From an uncultured Fibrobacter sp. (GTDB lineage Bacteria; Fibrobacterota; Fibrobacteria; Fibrobacterales; Fibrobacteraceae): 64,000 nucleotides of DNA. The notes beneath the pieces are model-generated. The model was not told where the DNA came from. It made no database searches and saw only the letters and a program-made list of their open reading frames with translations. Made by a program: the position numbers and the translations under genes. Positions 56,116 through 64,000 of the stretch are shown here, piece after piece. The DNA lies in the NCBI GenBank assembly GCA_934700345.1, contig CAKUXP010000002.1:50515-114514 (forward strand), in the 5' to 3' direction. How positions within the stretch are numbered: position 1 is the first letter of the stretch; every line of letters starts with the position of its first letter.

Positions 56116-56150
56116 AAGACCTAGGCACTTGCCCGGGTCTTTTTTATTTT
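56116..56150 (+). terminator. Rho-independent terminator after secDF
   Basis: aagacctaggc-actt-gcccgggtctt (11-bp stem with one mismatch and one G-U) followed by ttttttatttttg. Confidence 0.55.
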
Positions 56151-56190
56151 TGGGACGAACCCGAAGCGTCCATCATCTAAGAAGGCTCGT

Positions 56191-57111
56191 ATGCACAAGT
56201 ATTATAAAATCGAGAATGGCCGCATCACGCAAGCCGAGGACGAAGATTCTGCGGACATCGTGCTGATGGGAAGCCCGAGCCCGGAACAGCGGGGCGCCCT
56301 GGTGAAGAAGTACGAAATCGCCGAGCATACAATCGCTTCCGCATTTGACAACGACGAGCTTTCCCGTGTGGAATATGACGACGATTTCATCACGATAGTT
56401 TTCAAGAAACCGCGCAACTACACGTCGGCGGACAATTTCGAATTTCGCGTAGAATCTTTCGGAATATTCCTTTTTTCGGATTGGGTGCTGCTTCTTTCGG
56501 ATGCGGAACTTCCACTGATGGATCCGCGCCGCTTTTCGAAAATCGACAGCCTGAATACTTTTGTCATCAAGCTTTTGAACTATTCCGTCTATCATTTCAA
56601 CGAGCACTTGAAAATCATTAGCCGAATAAGCGACGAACTGGAGGACAAGCTCCAGAATACGCTTGACAATAAATATCTGCAATATATGTTCACGCTGAAC
56701 AAGGGATTGATTTACTATGTCAGCGCGCTAAATTCCAACGAGGCCCTTTTGAAAAAGTTGCAGATGGGACGCGGAATGCATTTTGATGAAAACGAACGCG
56801 AACTTTTGGACGACGTGGTGATTGAAAACAGGCAAAGTTTGCAGCAGGCGGAAATCTACGCGAACATTCTTGCTTCGTTGATGGATGCGCGGGCGAGCGT
56901 CGTGAACAACAACATGAACGCCTTGATGAAAACGCTAAACGTTATCACGATTGCGATTACGATTCCGACTTTCGTCGCAAGTATTTTCGGGATGAACGTT
57001 GCGTTTCCCTTTGGCCTTGGTCCGGAAAATCCCTATTCGTTCTGGATTATTGCGGCGATTTTTGTCCTCTCGGTTGCCGGAGTCCTTTTTGTGTGGCGCA
57101 AGCGCAAGTAG
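56191..57111 (+). CDS. corA: CorA-family magnesium/cobalt transporter
   Basis: Two C-terminal TM helices with the FGMNV (GMN) signature, preceded by a soluble N-terminal domain. Confidence 0.75.
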   Translation: MHKYYKIENGRITQAEDEDSADIVLMGSPSPEQRGALVKKYEIAEHTIASAFDNDELSRVEYDDDFITIVFKKPRNYTSADNFEFRVESFGIFLFSDWVLLLSDAELPLMDPRRFSKIDSLNTFVIKLLNYSVYHFNEHLKIISRISDELEDKLQNTLDNKYLQYMFTLNKGLIYYVSALNSNEALLKKLQMGRGMHFDENERELLDDVVIENRQSLQQAEIYANILASLMDARASVVNNNMNALMKTLNVITIAITIPTFVASIFGMNVAFPFGLGPENPYSFWIIAAIFVLSVAGVLFVWRKRK

Positions 57112-57117
57112 CTTCCG

Positions 57118-58857
57118 ATGAAAAAAATTTCCAGGCTGTTCATCGTCAATTCCTATGTTCCTAAAATTTTACTCGCCGCGTTTATCGGTTTTGTGACGGG
57201 TGTCGTCGCTGTCGTCTTCCGGCTCTGTCTGGAACATACATCTTTATTTGTGCACAATACGTTCACCGGTTGGACGCTTTATGCGGCTCCGGCTGTCGGC
57301 GGGCTTCTTTGCGGTCTGTTCCTGTTTGTCGTGACGAAAACCCCCGAGGCTTCCGGGCAGGGGACTGATCGTTCCATTTACGCGTTTCACCATCACGGCG
57401 GAGTTCTTAGGAAGCGCATTGCTCCGGTGAAGCTTATCGCTAGTACGATTACGCTCGGCAGCGGTGGCAGCGCAGGCTATGAAGGTCCCGTCTCGCAAAT
57501 AGGCTCGGGAATAGCCGGCTTGATTTGTCGCCTTTTTAAGATGCCGCGAGCGGTTCGTCGGCAGTTCGGTCTTGCTGGAATGGCCGCAGGTCTCGGTGCA
57601 ATTTTCAAGGCGCCGCTTTCGGGGGCTCTGACTTCGGTCGAAATTCTCTATCGCGAGGATTTTGAAAGCAGTGCGTTTGGAACGTCGATTGTCGCTTCGG
57701 TTGTCGGATTTGCCGTATATTCCAGTGTTTTTGGAACGGCTCCCACGTTCAATGTGCCGAACTTTTATTTTGCCAATGGTGTCGAACTTTTGTTTTGTGC
57801 ATTCCTCGGATTGATTTGTGTTCCGCTGTCGTTCGCTTATGTAAAATGCTATTATGCGGTCGAGGATTTTTTCTCCCGGTGGAACGTCCCGAATTGGTTA
57901 AAACCCGCAATCGGTGGCATTATATGTGGAATCGTCGCTATCGGATTTCCGCAGGCAATGGGCGGAACCTGGGATTACGTGGAAAGCATGACCCGCTTGG
58001 TGGATCCTGCGTGCGCGCCTTCTGTGGTTTTTCTTCTCGGACTTGTCCTTGCGAAAATTCTCGCCACCTCCTTTACCGTGGGAAGCGGAGGATCGGGCGG
58101 AGTCTTTGGACCATCGCTCTTTTTGGGAGGTGTCATCGGGGCCGCATTTGCCGTCGCCGTCGAAACGCTTGCGCCGGGAATCCTGCGGGAACCCGGAGCG
58201 ATGCCGCTTGTGGGCATGGGAGCATTTTTTGCCGGTGCCGCCAAGGCTCCGCTCGCCGGGGTCGTCATGGTTTGCGAAATGACGGGCAGTTACCAGCTTT
58301 TGCCGGGAATCATGATCGCCGCGGTCGTCCATGTCGCTTTTAGTCGCAAGTGGAGCATCTACCGCAGCCAGGTCCTCAACAAGTTCGCATCTCCCGTTCA
58401 CAGGCTTGAAATGGACCCGGATCTCTTGCGAACGATTTCCGTCGAATCCGTGATGCAAAAGACTCCCGTACTGGAACTTTCGGCGTCAAAGACCTTCCAC
58501 GAGGCAGAACGTGAAATTGACGCTTTCAATATGGAACATGTCGATTCGGCGATCGTCCATTCCTACCCTGTTTTCGAGGACGGAAAGTATATCGGAATTC
58601 TGGACTGGAGTCTCGCCTTGCAGAACATCGTTTCGATAGAAGGCTCGGCTTCTGTACTGCTTGTCGCAGATTGTGTTTCACGATCTCCGCTTTTGCCGGC
58701 GAGCTCCGATTTGCACACGGCGATGAAGTTCATGCTCAAACATTCCCTGAACGAAGTCTATGTCAAGAACTCTGCAGGAAAAATCGAAGGTGTCCTTTCG
58801 ACAGAGGTTATCCTTGACACCTACGACCGCGTTGTCCGGGAAAGCTTTAAAAACTGA
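57118..58857 (+). CDS. ClC-family voltage-gated chloride channel / H+-Cl- antiporter with C-terminal CBS pair
   Basis: GSGGSAGYEGP, GKAPLSG and GGVFGPSLFLG selectivity-filter motifs. CBS-like C-terminus. Confidence 0.8.
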   Translation: MKKISRLFIVNSYVPKILLAAFIGFVTGVVAVVFRLCLEHTSLFVHNTFTGWTLYAAPAVGGLLCGLFLFVVTKTPEASGQGTDRSIYAFHHHGGVLRKRIAPVKLIASTITLGSGGSAGYEGPVSQIGSGIAGLICRLFKMPRAVRRQFGLAGMAAGLGAIFKAPLSGALTSVEILYREDFESSAFGTSIVASVVGFAVYSSVFGTAPTFNVPNFYFANGVELLFCAFLGLICVPLSFAYVKCYYAVEDFFSRWNVPNWLKPAIGGIICGIVAIGFPQAMGGTWDYVESMTRLVDPACAPSVVFLLGLVLAKILATSFTVGSGGSGGVFGPSLFLGGVIGAAFAVAVETLAPGILREPGAMPLVGMGAFFAGAAKAPLAGVVMVCEMTGSYQLLPGIMIAAVVHVAFSRKWSIYRSQVLNKFASPVHRLEMDPDLLRTISVESVMQKTPVLELSASKTFHEAEREIDAFNMEHVDSAIVHSYPVFEDGKYIGILDWSLALQNIVSIEGSASVLLVADCVSRSPLLPASSDLHTAMKFMLKHSLNEVYVKNSAGKIEGVLSTEVILDTYDRVVRESFKN

Positions 58858-59246
58858 ATGAAAAGTCGCTCCGGCTGTGCGTGAGTCCAAATGGAAAGTT
58901 GGCATCAGGGAAAGCTGGTAATTTCTCTTTGCGACATAGGAATCCTTCCGTCCCTGGAGTTTCCGGGCATTCCGCCTCTGTTTTCCGCCACCGGTCTTTA
59001 GGATGATTTCTGCGTTAGGTAGAGAAAAAGAAGGTTATTAAAATCCCTGTCGAGAACAGATCGTCTGCGCTATCGGGATGTCATGATGCAGAGACTGCTT
59101 TCGAGAAAAAGTTCGCTCGAGACTGGGAAAATGTTTCTAAGGCGTAAAAGATTTTCGTGGCGGAGTTCGTACTTTTCGGTTAGGTTGTCGTGAATTGACA
59201 CGCTGTCTGGTTCGAAAAGCATTTGACCGGAAACGGAAATTAATTT

Positions 59247-60206
59247 TTAGAAATGCCTTTTTCCGCAGATGTTTTCGATGTCAATCTGGAAAACGGCGGT
59301 GTTGTCGATTGCCCTGTCGATATAGGCTTCGCCTTCTTTTTGAAAATTCGGGCTGTATTTTTTGACGAGCCTTTGCAGGGCGAAACGCGGATCCTTCGCC
59401 CTTCGGATGCGGCCAAAAACGATGCAGCTTTCGAATGCGGAAGAAAACTGTTCGGGATGTACTTTGGAATTCCGGACAACGGTAAAACATACCTTGGAAT
59501 CGCGTTCAAATGCAAAAAATTTTTCACCGCAATCCTTAACCCCGTGGAAGTAGAGTCTCTTTCCGTCAAAGGCGAAGTTTAGCGGAACTCCGTAAGGATA
59601 GCCTATCGAATTTGTCGTCGAAAGGATTCCGTATTCACTGTTTTTTAAAATATCTTCGGCTTCGTGCAGTGATATTTGGCGATCTTTTCTGCGCATTGGC
59701 GGAAATGCGGAGAGCGAGCCAAAGGAAAAATCTTCGACGTGGACAGGCTTTTCGTTGAGCAGGGCCTCGACAAGGACGCCTTTTTGATAGGAAAGCTTTA
59801 GGGAAAAGAAGGGCGCCTCCCTGTCGAGAAGCGTAAGGAAAATCCGGTCGCCGTCCCAATGCGGAAGCTCGGCAAACTTTTCCTTGGGAATCCATTCCAG
59901 GATGCCTTCGTCGCATTCGCGAATCTTTCCGGAGAACTTCGTCGCTCGAAAAAGATGCATAAATTCGATTTCTGCCATCTCATCGCTCTGGAAAGTGACG
60001 ATTCCGGAGTAGCGCAGGGCTTTCAGTTTAAGACCGGTCTCTTCGAAAACTTCGCGCCTTATGCAATCCTCGGGGCTTTCACCCTCTTCAAATTTTCCGC
60101 CGATTCCAATCCACTTGTCGTGATTGATATCGTTCTTCTTTTTGACGCGGTGTAGAAGCAGGTAGGAACCGTTCTGTTCGATGTAGCAGAGGGTCGTGTT
60201 GATCAT
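59247..60206 (-). CDS. NUDIX hydrolase (MutT-like) fused to a pyridoxamine-5'-phosphate-oxidase-like FMN-binding domain
   Basis: NUDIX box GGKFEEGESPEDCIRREVFEETGL in the N-terminal half. The C-terminal half (EYGILSTTNSIGYPYGVPLNFAFDGKRLYFHG) resembles the PNPOx-like split-barrel. Confidence 0.6.
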   Translation of the reverse strand: MINTTLCYIEQNGSYLLLHRVKKKNDINHDKWIGIGGKFEEGESPEDCIRREVFEETGLKLKALRYSGIVTFQSDEMAEIEFMHLFRATKFSGKIRECDEGILEWIPKEKFAELPHWDGDRIFLTLLDREAPFFSLKLSYQKGVLVEALLNEKPVHVEDFSFGSLSAFPPMRRKDRQISLHEAEDILKNSEYGILSTTNSIGYPYGVPLNFAFDGKRLYFHGVKDCGEKFFAFERDSKVCFTVVRNSKVHPEQFSSAFESCIVFGRIRRAKDPRFALQRLVKKYSPNFQKEGEAYIDRAIDNTAVFQIDIENICGKRHF

Positions 60207-60281
60207 GCGGGAAATTTAGAATTAAAATAGAAGAGGCGGATTTCTTTTTGAAATCCGCCACGTTTAAAATAATTTGTACGC

Positions 60282-60959
60282 TTATTTTATTTCTTCTCCG
60301 CTTAGGAGATTCATCCCGTGGCGCATTCCCGTTTCGGCAAAGATAACCCAGCCGGCGACGTTGCTCGCATGATCCCCGATTCGTTCCAGGTATTTGGCGA
60401 CCATTACCGAGTTGATGACGCTTTCCGCATCGTTTAAATTGTTGCGGATGGATTCGATCAGCTCCTTTTTTGCCGCAGAGAAAAGGGCATCGACTTCATC
60501 GTCGCTGTCGATGACATGGTGCGCAAGATTCAAGTCTTTGCGAACAAAGGCGTCAACGCTTTGCGTAAGCATCTTGACCGTTGCGGCTCCCATCGGTGGA
60601 ATGGCGGAAAGCTTTGCCGGGGAACCGTCCGTTTCGGAAGCTTCGAAAATGATTTCCGAAATGTCGGCTGCCTGATCCCCGATGCGTTCCAAATCGCTGA
60701 CCATCTTGAGCGAGGCGGAAATCAGTCGCAGATCACGGGCGACGGGCTGTTGGCTCAGGAGAAGCCGAAGGCAGAGCGTTTCGATGTCCTTCATCTTTTG
60801 GTCGATATCCTTGTCGCCGGCGATGACTTTTTGGGCAAGAGGCTTGTTGAATTTTAGAAGCGCTTCGATGGAAAAACTAAGCGACTCTTCGACCATTGCG
60901 CCCATTTCGATGATGCCGTTGTTTAAAATTTCGAGTTGAGAGTCAAAACGATTTCGCAT
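60282..60959 (-). CDS. phoU: Phosphate transport system regulator PhoU
   Basis: Two PhoU repeats with the (E/D)xxxD motif (ERIGDQAADI and ERIGDHASNV). Located 3' of pstB. Confidence 0.85.
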   Translation of the reverse strand: MRNRFDSQLEILNNGIIEMGAMVEESLSFSIEALLKFNKPLAQKVIAGDKDIDQKMKDIETLCLRLLLSQQPVARDLRLISASLKMVSDLERIGDQAADISEIIFEASETDGSPAKLSAIPPMGAATVKMLTQSVDAFVRKDLNLAHHVIDSDDEVDALFSAAKKELIESIRNNLNDAESVINSVMVAKYLERIGDHASNVAGWVIFAETGMRHGMNLLSGEEIK

Positions 60960-61714
60960 TATCCGAATCTCCCTGTGATGTAATCTTCCGTACGTTTGTC
61001 CTTGGGCATGGAAAAAAGCGCTTCTGTCTTATCGACTTCGACGACTTCGCCTAAGAGAAAAAATGCGGTTCTGTCCGAGACGCGCGTTGCCTGCTGCATA
61101 TTGTGCGTGACCATGACGATCGTGTAGTTCTGCTTCAATTCCAAAACGAGATCCTCGATTTTGGATGTCGAAATGGGATCTAGCGCGCTGGTGGGTTCGT
61201 CCATCAGGAGAACTTCCGGGGCAACGGCTAGGGCTCGCGCAATGCAAAGACGCTGTTGCTGTCCACCGGAAAGTCCGAGTGCATTTTTCTTGAGACGGTC
61301 CTTGAGTTCTTCCCAGACGCCGGAACCTTTTAGGGACTTTTCCACAATTTCATCTAGGTCTGCCTTGGAACGGATGCCGTGCGTGCGCGGTCCGAAGGCA
61401 ATATTGTCGTAAATGCTCATCGGGAATGGATTCGGTTTCTGGAATACCATGCCGACACGCTTGCGGAGAATGTTTACGTCCATGTCGCCGTAAATGTTTT
61501 CTCCATCGAGTTTGAGATCGCCCGTGATTTTACAGCCTTCGACGAGGTCGTTCATCCGGTTAAGCGATTTGAGAAGCGTACTTTTTCCGCAGCCGGAAGG
61601 CCCGATGAAAGCCGTAATTTCGTTGGCGTGAATATTTAAATTCACATTTTTAAGCGCATGGAAATTGCCATAGTGCAAATTCATGTTTTGAATCGTGATT
61701 TTATCGTTTTCCAT
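60959..61714 (-). CDS. pstB: Phosphate ABC transporter ATP-binding protein
   Basis: Walker [19 protein letters not shown] signature, and the PstB-specific N-terminus. Confidence 0.9.
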   Translation of the reverse strand: MENDKITIQNMNLHYGNFHALKNVNLNIHANEITAFIGPSGCGKSTLLKSLNRMNDLVEGCKITGDLKLDGENIYGDMDVNILRKRVGMVFQKPNPFPMSIYDNIAFGPRTHGIRSKADLDEIVEKSLKGSGVWEELKDRLKKNALGLSGGQQQRLCIARALAVAPEVLLMDEPTSALDPISTSKIEDLVLELKQNYTIVMVTHNMQQATRVSDRTAFFLLGEVVEVDKTEALFSMPKDKRTEDYITGRFG

Positions 61715-61716
61715 TT

Positions 61717-62568
61717 TTATACTTTCCCGATTTTGTGAGCGAATTTGTTTGAAATCCAGTTGATGAGAAGAACCACCGCGATGAGGATGACGGAGGTGGC
61801 ATAGGCTTCGCCGGTGTGTAGGCCTTCGCGGGAAAGTTCATACATGTGGACGGCAAGCGTTCTGCCCGATGAAAAGATTCCTTTTGGAAAATCGGCAACG
61901 GTTCCTGCCGTATAAATTAACGCGGCGGTTTCTCCGACGACGCGCCCGACAGAAAGGATGATGCCCGCTAGGATTCCGGGTATCGCTGCTGGGAGGACGA
62001 TGGAACGGACTGTACGGAGTTTTCCTGCGCCTAGGCCGTAGGAACCTTCCCGGTAGCTGTCGGGAACGGCTTTCAGCGCTTCTTCTGTCGTGCGCATAAC
62101 CAGCGGGAGAATCATGATGGATATGGTTAAAATTCCCGACAGGAGCGAATAGCCGAAGTGCAGCGCCGTGGCAAAAAAGAGCATTCCGAAAAGCCCGTAG
62201 ATGATGGATGGAATTCCCGAAAGCGTCTCCGTCGTTAGCCGGACGATTTCCACGATCTTGTTTCCGCGACTGGCGTATTCCACAGTATAGATCGCTGCGA
62301 AAATTCCGAGCGGTCCCGCGATAAGAAGCGATCCGAGAACGATGATAATCGTGTTTAGAATTGAAGGTAGAAAAGATACGTTTTCGGAATTGTATGTTAG
62401 CGAAAAGAGGGATGGTTTGAGAAACGGAATACCCTTAGCGAGAATATAGACGATTAAAAATCCAAGAGAAAGGATCGTGACTAGAATGGAGAGTGTGACT
62501 GCGATCCGCAATAGAAGGGACAGCGGAGACCTCCTGTAGATTTTGAATATTTGAAGAATCTTTTTCAT
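61717..62568 (-). CDS. pstA: Phosphate ABC transporter permease PstA
   Basis: 6-TM ABC permease with EAA loop. Second permease in the operon order. Confidence 0.85.
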   Translation of the reverse strand: MKKILQIFKIYRRSPLSLLLRIAVTLSILVTILSLGFLIVYILAKGIPFLKPSLFSLTYNSENVSFLPSILNTIIIVLGSLLIAGPLGIFAAIYTVEYASRGNKIVEIVRLTTETLSGIPSIIYGLFGMLFFATALHFGYSLLSGILTISIMILPLVMRTTEEALKAVPDSYREGSYGLGAGKLRTVRSIVLPAAIPGILAGIILSVGRVVGETAALIYTAGTVADFPKGIFSSGRTLAVHMYELSREGLHTGEAYATSVILIAVVLLINWISNKFAHKIGKV

Positions 62569-63437
62569 TGGAAGGCTCTCTTTTTGAGGATGGAGAAAAG
62601 CAGATTGATAACCAGGATGAATGCGAACAGAACAACACCGGTTGCAATCAAGGCTTCGCGGTGAAGGTCTGTTGCGTATCCCATTTCGAGAACGATGTTT
62701 GCCGTGAGGGTTCGGACACCGGCGAGAATTCCGGTTGGCATTCGAGCCTGGTTTCCTGCGACTAGAATGACTGCCATTGTTTCGCCGATCGCTCGACCGA
62801 ATCCAAGAATTATTCCTGCGACGATACCCGATGTCGCTGCCGGAAGGACTGCGAAGAAAACGCTGCGCTCGTGGGTCGCTCCGAGCGCGAGCGCGCCTTC
62901 GTAATAGCTATTGGGGACTGCCCGCAATGCGGCTTCCGAAACAGAGATTATTGTTGGCAGGATCATGATTCCGAGCAGGATGGATGCGGCAAGGATGCTC
63001 GCTCCGCTTCCTCCGAAGTTTTGCCGGACAAATGGTACGATAACGACCAATCCGAAGAATCCATAGACGACGGACGGAATGCCTGCGAGAAGATCTACTG
63101 CCGGCTTTAGTTTTTTATGGATTTTGTTGGAACAGAATCGGGAAAGGTAGATAGCGGAAAGAAGTCCGACTGATACGCCGATGGCGAGAGCTCCGAGTGT
63201 TACATAGATACTTCCCAGAATCATCGGAAAAATTCCATAGACAGCCGGCTCATCTGTCGGAGTCCATTCCTTTCCGAACAGAAAGTCTGTTACTCCGATC
63301 TTGAGAATGGCGGGGACGCCATTTGCAAAGAGAAATATGCAAATCAGGGCAACGAAGAGAATGCTCGCAAGTGCCGAAAACAAGAATACGCCTGATGCCG
63401 TTTTTTCCTTGAGCTTATTGTATGTCTGAACTTTCAT
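62565..63437 (-). CDS. pstC: Phosphate ABC transporter permease PstC
   Basis: Internal start MKVQTYNK at 63437. 6-TM permease. First permease in the operon. ATGA overlap with pstA. Confidence 0.8.
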   Translation of the reverse strand: MKVQTYNKLKEKTASGVFLFSALASILFVALICIFLFANGVPAILKIGVTDFLFGKEWTPTDEPAVYGIFPMILGSIYVTLGALAIGVSVGLLSAIYLSRFCSNKIHKKLKPAVDLLAGIPSVVYGFFGLVVIVPFVRQNFGGSGASILAASILLGIMILPTIISVSEAALRAVPNSYYEGALALGATHERSVFFAVLPAATSGIVAGIILGFGRAIGETMAVILVAGNQARMPTGILAGVRTLTANIVLEMGYATDLHREALIATGVVLFAFILVINLLFSILKKRAFQ

Positions 63438-63504
63438 ATTGAATCCTTGGAAATCCGTATAGGAAAATGGTTTTCCGAAAATTTCGGAAAACCATTGAAA
63501 TGCG

Positions 63505-64000
63505 TTACTTGATGGTTGTCGTAAGCCTTGCCGCAAGCGCTACTTCGGAAATTTTCTTTTCGCTGTAGAGTGTAACTTGCGCCTTGCTGCGGGAACCGAT
63601 TTTCTTGACAAGTCCCACGGCCCAGCCGAGTTCATCCGAGTCCTTGTTCAATTCGTCGCGATCCTTGATGTATTCGATTTCAACGAACGCCTTATCCAGG
63701 ATTCCTGCGGTCGGAATTTCTACGCCTGCATAGACGGGGTAGTATTTGGTGTCCTGTGCGTAATCGGATGCGGTAGCTTCCTTGTTCTGAATCGATTCTG
63801 CATTGACGTCCTTGTCCTTTCCGGTTACGATTGCTGCAGCTTCGCCATAGACGGTGAATTTTTCGGCGAGCTTGACATTTGCCCGGAGGCTTCCGCGGTG
63901 CGTCACTACGGCGGTGTATTGGATCGGGTCGATGATATTGGCGCGGTATCCTAGTCCGAGCTTGAACGATTTGTTCAGCTTGATGTCGTCGGTAACGCGG
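63505..64000 (-). CDS. Partial ORF (C-terminal part), beta-strand-rich, possibly an outer-membrane porin preceding the pst genes
   Basis: The frame is open to the window end. Alternating polar/hydrophobic pattern (…VTLYSEKKISEVALAARLTTTIK*). Does not resemble PstS. Confidence 0.3.
   Translation of the reverse strand, partial: RVTDDIKLNKSFKLGLGYRANIIDPIQYTAVVTHRGSLRANVKLAEKFTVYGEAAAIVTGKDKDVNAESIQNKEATASDYAQDTKYYPVYAGVEIPTAGILDKAFVEIEYIKDRDELNKDSDELGWAVGLVKKIGSRSKAQVTLYSEKKISEVALAARLTTTIK

Noticed and set aside
56173-56682. 169-aa minus-strand ORF overlapping corA
   Set aside because: Entirely antisense to corA, with no upstream signals.

Overview
This 64-kb chromosomal segment is densely coding and mostly mid-50s % G+C by eye. 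It has no rRNA, tRNA, CRISPR array, transposase or integrase that I can recognise. A Fibrobacter-like (Fibrobacterota) origin is an inference, based on three tandem lipoproteins of the Fibrobacter 'major paralogous domain' type, type IX secretion hallmarks (a giant SprA-like outer-membrane protein, a cargo protein with a Por-type C-terminal sorting domain) and several FGE-sulfatase/SUMF1-domain secreted proteins of the GldJ/GldK kind.

Housekeeping genes recognised: galE (partial), an ABC-F ATPase, a GlmM-like mutase next to glmS, scpA, FKBP-type PPIase, M23 and S41 peptidases, an LRR protein, an MFS transporter, apt with an NCS2 purine permease, malQ with a GH13 amylase, secDF, corA, a ClC channel, a NUDIX-PNPOx fusion, and phoU-pstBAC.

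The most unusual region is a mosaic paralog locus at 35.2-44.3 kb. Three secreted SUMF1-domain proteins, a 1006-aa CBM/beta-helix surface protein and an HExxH lipoprotein are arranged behind two different, near-identical 5'UTR plus signal-peptide cassettes, each present twice. The locus also holds truncated gene remnants that recapitulate a downstream gene junction, and an abrupt switch to low G+C in the middle of the beta-helix gene that continues through the next gene. This looks like a cassette-shuffling or variable surface-protein locus.

Other points of interest are a 1.1-kb repeat-laden non-coding region upstream of the SprA-like gene, with a dispersed copy of its core at 13.4 kb; an orphan 627-aa protein behind a 480-bp AT-rich leader; collagen-like GXY tracts in the FISUMP-like paralogs; and an OMP-Rrf2-Rrf2 operon with ATGA start/stop overlaps.
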